Source: Thermoplasmatota archaeon (GTDB lineage: Archaea; Thermoplasmatota; E2; DHVEG-1). Taken from it: a stretch of 64,000 nucleotides of DNA. The notes beneath the pieces were generated by a model that worked only from the letters and a program-made list of their open reading frames with translations, was not told where the DNA came from and ran no database searches. This document shows, in pieces, positions 62,925-64,000 of this stretch; the stretch's first letter is position 1; the number at the start of each line of letters is the position of its first letter. Both the position numbers and the translations under genes were made by a program. Where the stretch lies: assembly GCA_029939595.1 (NCBI GenBank), contig JAOZSQ010000005.1, positions 4 through 64,003 on the forward strand. Direction: 5' to 3'.

Positions 62925-63923
62925 TCATGGAGTTGGGTCTCTAAAATTTTTATAAGTTATCGTTGAGAATGGACATACTCCTACAATAAAATCCATTAGA
63001 GCATTATCTACACCTTCATCTCGTTCATGTCCTTGATAAATATATACACCTGCTGCAAAAAAGAACATATATATGCCAATAAATGGAGTATTTTTTATTG
63101 AATATGATGGAATACCAGGAAATAATCCAAGAGATAAATAACTACCTAATGACCCTCCAATTAATATTTCAACTGGAATATACCCTAGGTAATGGAAAAT
63201 AGTTGTATTAAAAAATAGATCATATAGTCCAGATCCTTCTGAAATATTGAAAATATCTATTATTCGATTTATTCCACTAAATGGTTCTGGAAGTAAATAT
63301 TGACCCATAGGTTGAAAATTTGTAACTGAGCTTAATATTGACCCATATAAAATCATATGAGGGCCAATTGTTGTTCTACCAATTTGAATGTTATCATCAT
63401 CAACTAACCTATTTTTATTATTGTTATTATAGTTCATTTCTTTATATTCTTCAATAGCTTTTGTGATATTATCCAAGGTAAAATAATTTGGAAAAATATC
63501 ATATTTTATAAATATTTTTAATTGTTCAGCCATAAAATCATAACTGTTTAAAGATTTACTTTTTAATTGTTTAACATCATTTTCAAAATTTTTATATTCA
63601 GTTTCACATAATTCTGCTATTGTTTCACATTTAGTGAACTTATTTGCGCCTACTGGGCCCACAGCAACATAATATTTATTTTCATCAGGATCATTAGCTA
63701 CATCTTTATTCAAAGCTTTATTATTCTCTAGGATAGTGCTAATTTTTGATAGTTTATTTTGGAAAGTATCTTTTAAATTTTGGATATTTTTTGTTTTTAT
63801 TTTTTCATCTCGTATATCTAGTTCTTGATTTGAGTGGTTTTTAACATATATCCCATTTACAGATATTGTTGAGAACAGTACCAGCATGAAAACACCAATT
63901 CCAATTATTTTTTGTTTTCTCAT
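62925..63923 (-). CDS. Secreted hypothetical protein
   Basis: Signal peptide; start moved to ATG 63923 after AGGTGA. Confidence 0.7.
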   Translation of the reverse strand: MRKQKIIGIGVFMLVLFSTISVNGIYVKNHSNQELDIRDEKIKTKNIQNLKDTFQNKLSKISTILENNKALNKDVANDPDENKYYVAVGPVGANKFTKCETIAELCETEYKNFENDVKQLKSKSLNSYDFMAEQLKIFIKYDIFPNYFTLDNITKAIEEYKEMNYNNNNKNRLVDDDNIQIGRTTIGPHMILYGSILSSVTNFQPMGQYLLPEPFSGINRIIDIFNISEGSGLYDLFFNTTIFHYLGYIPVEILIGGSLGSYLSLGLFPGIPSYSIKNTPFIGIYMFFFAAGVYIYQGHERDEGVDNALMDFIVGVCPFSTITYKNFRDPTP

Positions 63924-64000
63924 TTTTTTCACCTATAAGGGGAAATATAAAATAAAATATATAGGAAATAAAACAAAAAATGATTTTTTTTTTAAAAAAT

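Noticed and set aside
1-64000. CRISPR array, tRNA, rRNA or IS transposase
   Set aside because: No regularly spaced repeats, T-loop/cloverleaf motifs, rRNA-like tracts or transposase ORFs seen by eye.

Overview
An AT-rich archaeal chromosomal segment, marked by RadA, Alba, Rps8e, SRP19, archaeal GlyA, the HMG-CoA synthase/thiolase/DUF35 operon and GGTGA-type ribosome-binding sites. Several secreted gingipain-type (C25) peptidases and many secreted Ig-like proteins suggest a sediment Thermoplasmatota, probably MBG-D/Thermoprofundales (inference). Most of the window is housekeeping, peptide-degradation and surface-protein genes. I saw no rRNA, tRNA, CRISPR array or transposase. The most unusual signals are: (1) two tandem, short, catalytically intact serine recombinases next to an ~880-bp non-coding region with two inverted 19-bp palindromic sites around a 310-bp segment; (2) an MCM-type AAA+ ATPase whose N-terminal domain is replaced by a RadA/Rad51-like HhH domain; (3) an ~390-bp element bounded by inverted repeats, with helically phased repeats, directly upstream of a double winged-helix/coiled-coil gene; (4) an archaeal Rh50-type channel; (5) a cluster of four class III signal-peptide (pilin-like) genes. 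All family assignments come from motifs read by eye; no database searches were run.
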